From the NCBI GenBank assembly GCA_904063045.1, contig CAJFCJ010000009.1, positions 42,942 through 106,941 on the forward strand: 64,000 nucleotides of DNA, read 5' to 3'. The notes beneath the pieces were generated by a model. It ran no database searches, had not been told where the DNA came from, and was given only the letters and a program-made list of their open reading frames with translations. This document shows positions 57,301-64,000 of this stretch, in pieces. This DNA is from Dimorphilus gyrociliatus (taxonomy: Eukaryota > Animalia > Annelida). How positions within the stretch are numbered: the first letter of the stretch is position 1; the number at the start of each line of letters is the position of its first letter. Made by a program: the position numbers and the translations under genes.

Positions 57301-58647
57301 CACCTTATAAGGATTGGGTGAACTCATTACAACCATCAGAAAAACTGGAAACATGGTTGATGAAAGATCTGAAAACTTGTGCATATGATGATCCACGACT
57401 TTTTACATTCTTAATACCAGATATATATAATCATGTTTGTATATATTTTACTGTATAAGAACAAATTTTAACAGAAGGCTTTTTCCTCTCCCACTACAGT
57501 TTACAGACGATTTTAATAATTGCGATTTAGTGAGGTTAATTGTTTCTGTTTTGGATGGACCTTTGCTCAATCAATTATTATGTCATAAATTCCAAGGAAA
57601 ACTCGATATGTTTGAAGATAAATATTTGCCAGTTATCGGTTTGTTTTTTTTTACCGATACCGTAACCGATCTAACGGTCCTTTTAATTTCTGCAGAAAGT
57701 AGCCTGAAATGGGAGAGCATTGAGCAATATTATTTGTGGCAATTATTGGTGGCTCATAGCATGCCCATTGAGAACATTCTACCTCTTTTACCTAAATTAC
57801 AGTTCATTCGTATGTATTTTATATGTAGGTCATATTTTAAATATAATATAACTTTTGATGTTTGTACAGAACATGCAGATACTTTACAAAATATTATATT
57901 ATTGTTAAGAGAAAAAAGGTAAATTTAATAGGTTTTTATTGAAATTGTTAATCTACGAATTAATTTTTAGTCCCAATGGACAGCTACTTCAAGCTATACT
58001 ACATAGAAAAGTTGAAGAAAGTGATATTCTATCGGTATCAGTTTTAAAATATTGGGCAGATAAGGAAGAGGAAAAGCTGGCAGATAACTTTTATAGTCTT
58101 CTCACAAAAGCGAGCTCCAAGAAGCGAAATCGAGGAGGAACCTCCGTTAAGTCAAAAGATAAAGATAAAAGTACCCTTTCTATTGACCAAATCTTATCTC
58201 ACTTGGAGCATTACAGACATACCGTTACCGACTCCTCATGTTAGTTCAAATTTTAACAGCTAAATAATATGTATAAGTTTTAATTTCACTTTAATTTTTA
58301 GTTTTACTGAGTGAGACGATGCAGAGTGCACTGCAATCAGTTCAACAATCGTCATCCGAGGCAGTCAAATCCAAGTTAGTTTTACAGTAACAAAGAAACA
58401 GTATTTTAAGACTATTTTTAAAAACTTTTTTCAATTGAACAGATTTAGTGATTTGTTGGCTTTAGTAGAAGAGGAAAGACCAACTAGAGTTAGAGTATTA
58501 AGGGATCGAAAGGGAGCGTCTAATAATAATTCACGGGCAAACTTGAAGAGAAAAGAAGCTAGTCCGAGTTCAGAAGAATCTACAGACGAAGATGATAGAC
58601 CTCCTAAAACGAAGAAGAAAAGAAGAAACGTATCAGACTCTGACTGA
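54326..58647 (+). CDS. INTS3: integrator complex subunit 3 (SOSS-A), multi-exon
   Basis: [84 protein letters not shown]. Confidence 0.95.
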
Positions 58648-58836
58648 ATTTACGTTTTGTGCTTGTTTCGTTTATTTGTACAAAAAAAAATATAAATAAA
58701 TGTATGTTTTGCGCGCCTAAATCGCGCTAAAGCACATACTTCCGTTTTCACGTAGACGGACGCGTGTTTATGTATTTGTTAAATTTCTACTGATGTGAAC
58801 ATTATGTAATTATATAATAGATCTAAAATTATTAAA

Positions 58837-61410
<2,574 letters not shown>

Positions 61411-61875
61411 AACAGAAATATTGTACAATTCTATAAATATATTTATATATATAATAATATATATATCAATACGAAATGAATAAATCGAAAGCTTATTATA
61501 GTTGTAACGTTAAATAATAAATTATTTTCTAAAAATACTTTACCTTGTTATATGAATTATTTAAACAAATAGACACTGTATTCAACAAGATTTTAACACA
61601 GATGTCGCTACTAATAAAACGGCGCGGAAAACTAAATCGTATTAATGAAAAGGCGACACTCGTAAGCGTTATATCATTAATCTTATCGAATTTGCAGGAC
61701 CTACGACTGGATAGTAAGCCTATACGTTATAAAGGGTTATTAAACTTCAAATACATATACCTCATATCGAATTACTTGTCCATTAATCCGCTGCCAGTGG
61801 CGGGCGGTTAACTAATTATTTCTTCAACATTCCTCCTATATGATTGGGTTAGTCTAGAGATAGACTAACGATAGA

Positions 61876-64000
61876 ATGTCGTCGTATAGATCTATGAAAT
61901 CTATGATACATCTTCGGCAAGCTTCAATGGATTGTGCCGCTCAAGCGGCTTCGAATTATCAATCTCTAAGGTCGCTGGGAGAGGAAAGTCGAAAATTGTG
62001 CTCCCTAGCCTCTCATTCAAGAAAATGGAATAGAAAGAATGAATTGGAAGACGAGTACTACGATACGGTTTGTATTATTTACATATAACTGGTGGAAAAT
62101 AAATAAGGGTATATAGATTTGAAAGAGAAGGGTGAAAGAAAAAGCCGATATACTAGTGTAGGCTAAAGTAATTAGATATGGCGCACGGGATATGTCGTGG
62201 CTTGTCGAAGAGAAAAAATTCGATATTACAGTCTGTCTGATACTCTACCGCTACTTTTTTTTTCTTTAAACATTTAACGTTGCCTATAACTATATTGAAC
62301 TAAGGAACTGATAAATCTAGTAAGTTTTTTAATATATATAACTAATCCGCCTCGTTTCGACATCCCTAACGACGTTTTTAATGATTTATTTATACAAAAA
62401 TATTTTCTATTTAAAAAATAGAGCACTTAAATGAATAGTACATTCCTTAAAGGAAGTCAAAATACGGAAATACGAAATTGTTAATGGAATTCAATCAATA
62501 AGGTGCACTTGTTACGATTAGGAAGGTTGCAAATTTAATTAACGTGCCCTCGGTTTACTTTCGTATGCCAGTGTCGATAGATTTTTCGTACTATGTCTGT
62601 CTAATGAGATTGATTAAATATACTTGTACTTGTATATCTATCTATTTATCTATATATTTATATATATTTAGTTCAAAGTAGGTGGAGGTGGCTGAATAAT
62701 TTGAAACGGTCTGTCAAAGATATATTCAGAACTATTCCTAATCCCTCAAACCTTCTCTCCCGCCCTACTGTGTTTTCCACTAATCCGCCTTAATCCTATT
62801 CTAATAAAGTTTCTTCTATCGTTCAGAACGAGGAGTACGGAAATATTACGGAGGAAATGGCCTACTCATCTAATGGTCGGTCTCCCCTCAGAGCTTCTCA
62901 TGAATTCTACAATAGCCAAGAAACGGATAGCGGGTTCGAGTGAGTATGATTCACACAGCTTTATTCGCATGTTACCTGTTTTCTAATTAACATATATTTT
63001 GTAAATGATATAGCAATAGTGCCAACAGTAATCGGCTCCGGCATAGCTTAAACAGACCGTTCACTCCTCCTCTCGGCTATTCAAGAGCGCATAGTGAATG
63101 TGGAAGAAAAGCCATGTCTGAAAGAGCCGTTGGAGATCTCCAAAGAATATTAGAGGAAAGTGAACATAGAAGAACAATGCTAATGGAAAAATTAAGAGAA
63201 GCTCAAGATACAATTCAAGTATATAGAGAAAATTTATCTCATATCACTTATATAATCACTTCATTTTTATGATTTTGTTTTTCATCTATTGTGCACTTAT
63301 CAATACTTTTTTTTATATTTTATGTATTATTTACTTTTAACAGATGCAGGCCAAGAGATTGAGCGAAACCGAAACGATACTAAAAGATAATGAATTTGAA
63401 ATGAATGACCTTCGTTTTAAAACTAAAGAGCAAAAACAGAAATTAGAAACTTATGAACAGGATAAAGATAGTTATTTCACTCTAAGAAGTGAACATGCAA
63501 GATTAAAAGAGGATATGCAAAACAAGTAAATCTCTTTTTTTTTACTTACAATATATATACAGTCGTATATAAATAAACATAGGCCTATTCGCATTTAAGT
63601 TTTATTTTACTCCCTTAGGGTTGAAAATTTAGAAATAGAATTAGCTTCAATGAGAACTCAAACAAGTTTGGCTCAGGCTGAAGCAAAGAAAAAACAAGAA
63701 TTATTAGAGCAATCATCGTTATCTATTGCTCACTTAAATAGTGATAATGCCAAATTAGCTCAAGCTAAAGATAGTTTAATGAGGGAAACAAATGCTTTAA
63801 AGGAGTCATTAGAATTATCGAGAAGTAGAAACGATTGGTGGGAATCTCAGAATCGGGAACATAACGGAGAAACGGATCGTTTAAGGGAACAAGCTAGAAC
63901 GTTGTTATCGCAAAATAACGATTTGAGCAAACAATTATCGGATTCTAGAAGAATGAATACAGAGATTAAAGGGGAAATTTCGATTGAGAAAAAGGCAAAT
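61876..64000 (+). CDS. uncharacterized long coiled-coil protein, 5' part (runs off window)
   Basis: Exon 61876-62067 splices in phase 0 to 62827 (NEEYGNITEEMAYSS...). Later exons are heptad-rich (LQRILEESEHRRTMLMEKLREAQ). Confidence 0.7.

Overview
AT-rich, very gene-dense eukaryotic (metazoan) genomic DNA with mostly 50-70 nt GT-AG introns. The compactness and gene content suggest a miniature-genome spiralian such as the annelid Dimorphilus gyrociliatus; this is an inference, not verified. About 23 protein-coding genes are present, mostly in head-to-head/tail-to-tail pairs: FBF1-like (partial), SmD3, G-alpha 12/13-like, an intronless divergent PRD-class homeobox, RPP38, an M3A peptidase homolog with degenerate zinc ligands, RPS24, lamin, XPO1, nicalin, two orphan genes, GAS1-like, CCT3, MCTP, VWA3A-like, SAR1, RPL36, BLM, NARS1, INTS3, ZnT5 and a partial coiled-coil gene. 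I recognised no tRNA, rRNA, CRISPR array or intact transposon. The most unusual locus is MCTP. It has a tandem pair of 102-nt paralogous exons (probably mutually exclusive) at the end of C2C, candidate 24-nt and 3-nt microexons, and an array of phase-1 N-terminal exons. One of these ([11 protein letters not shown]) lies inside an unusually long intron of the antisense CCT3 gene. A 1.5-kb BLM intron appears to hold a spliced antisense unit with its own promoter motifs. Exon boundaries were read by eye and need RNA-seq confirmation.
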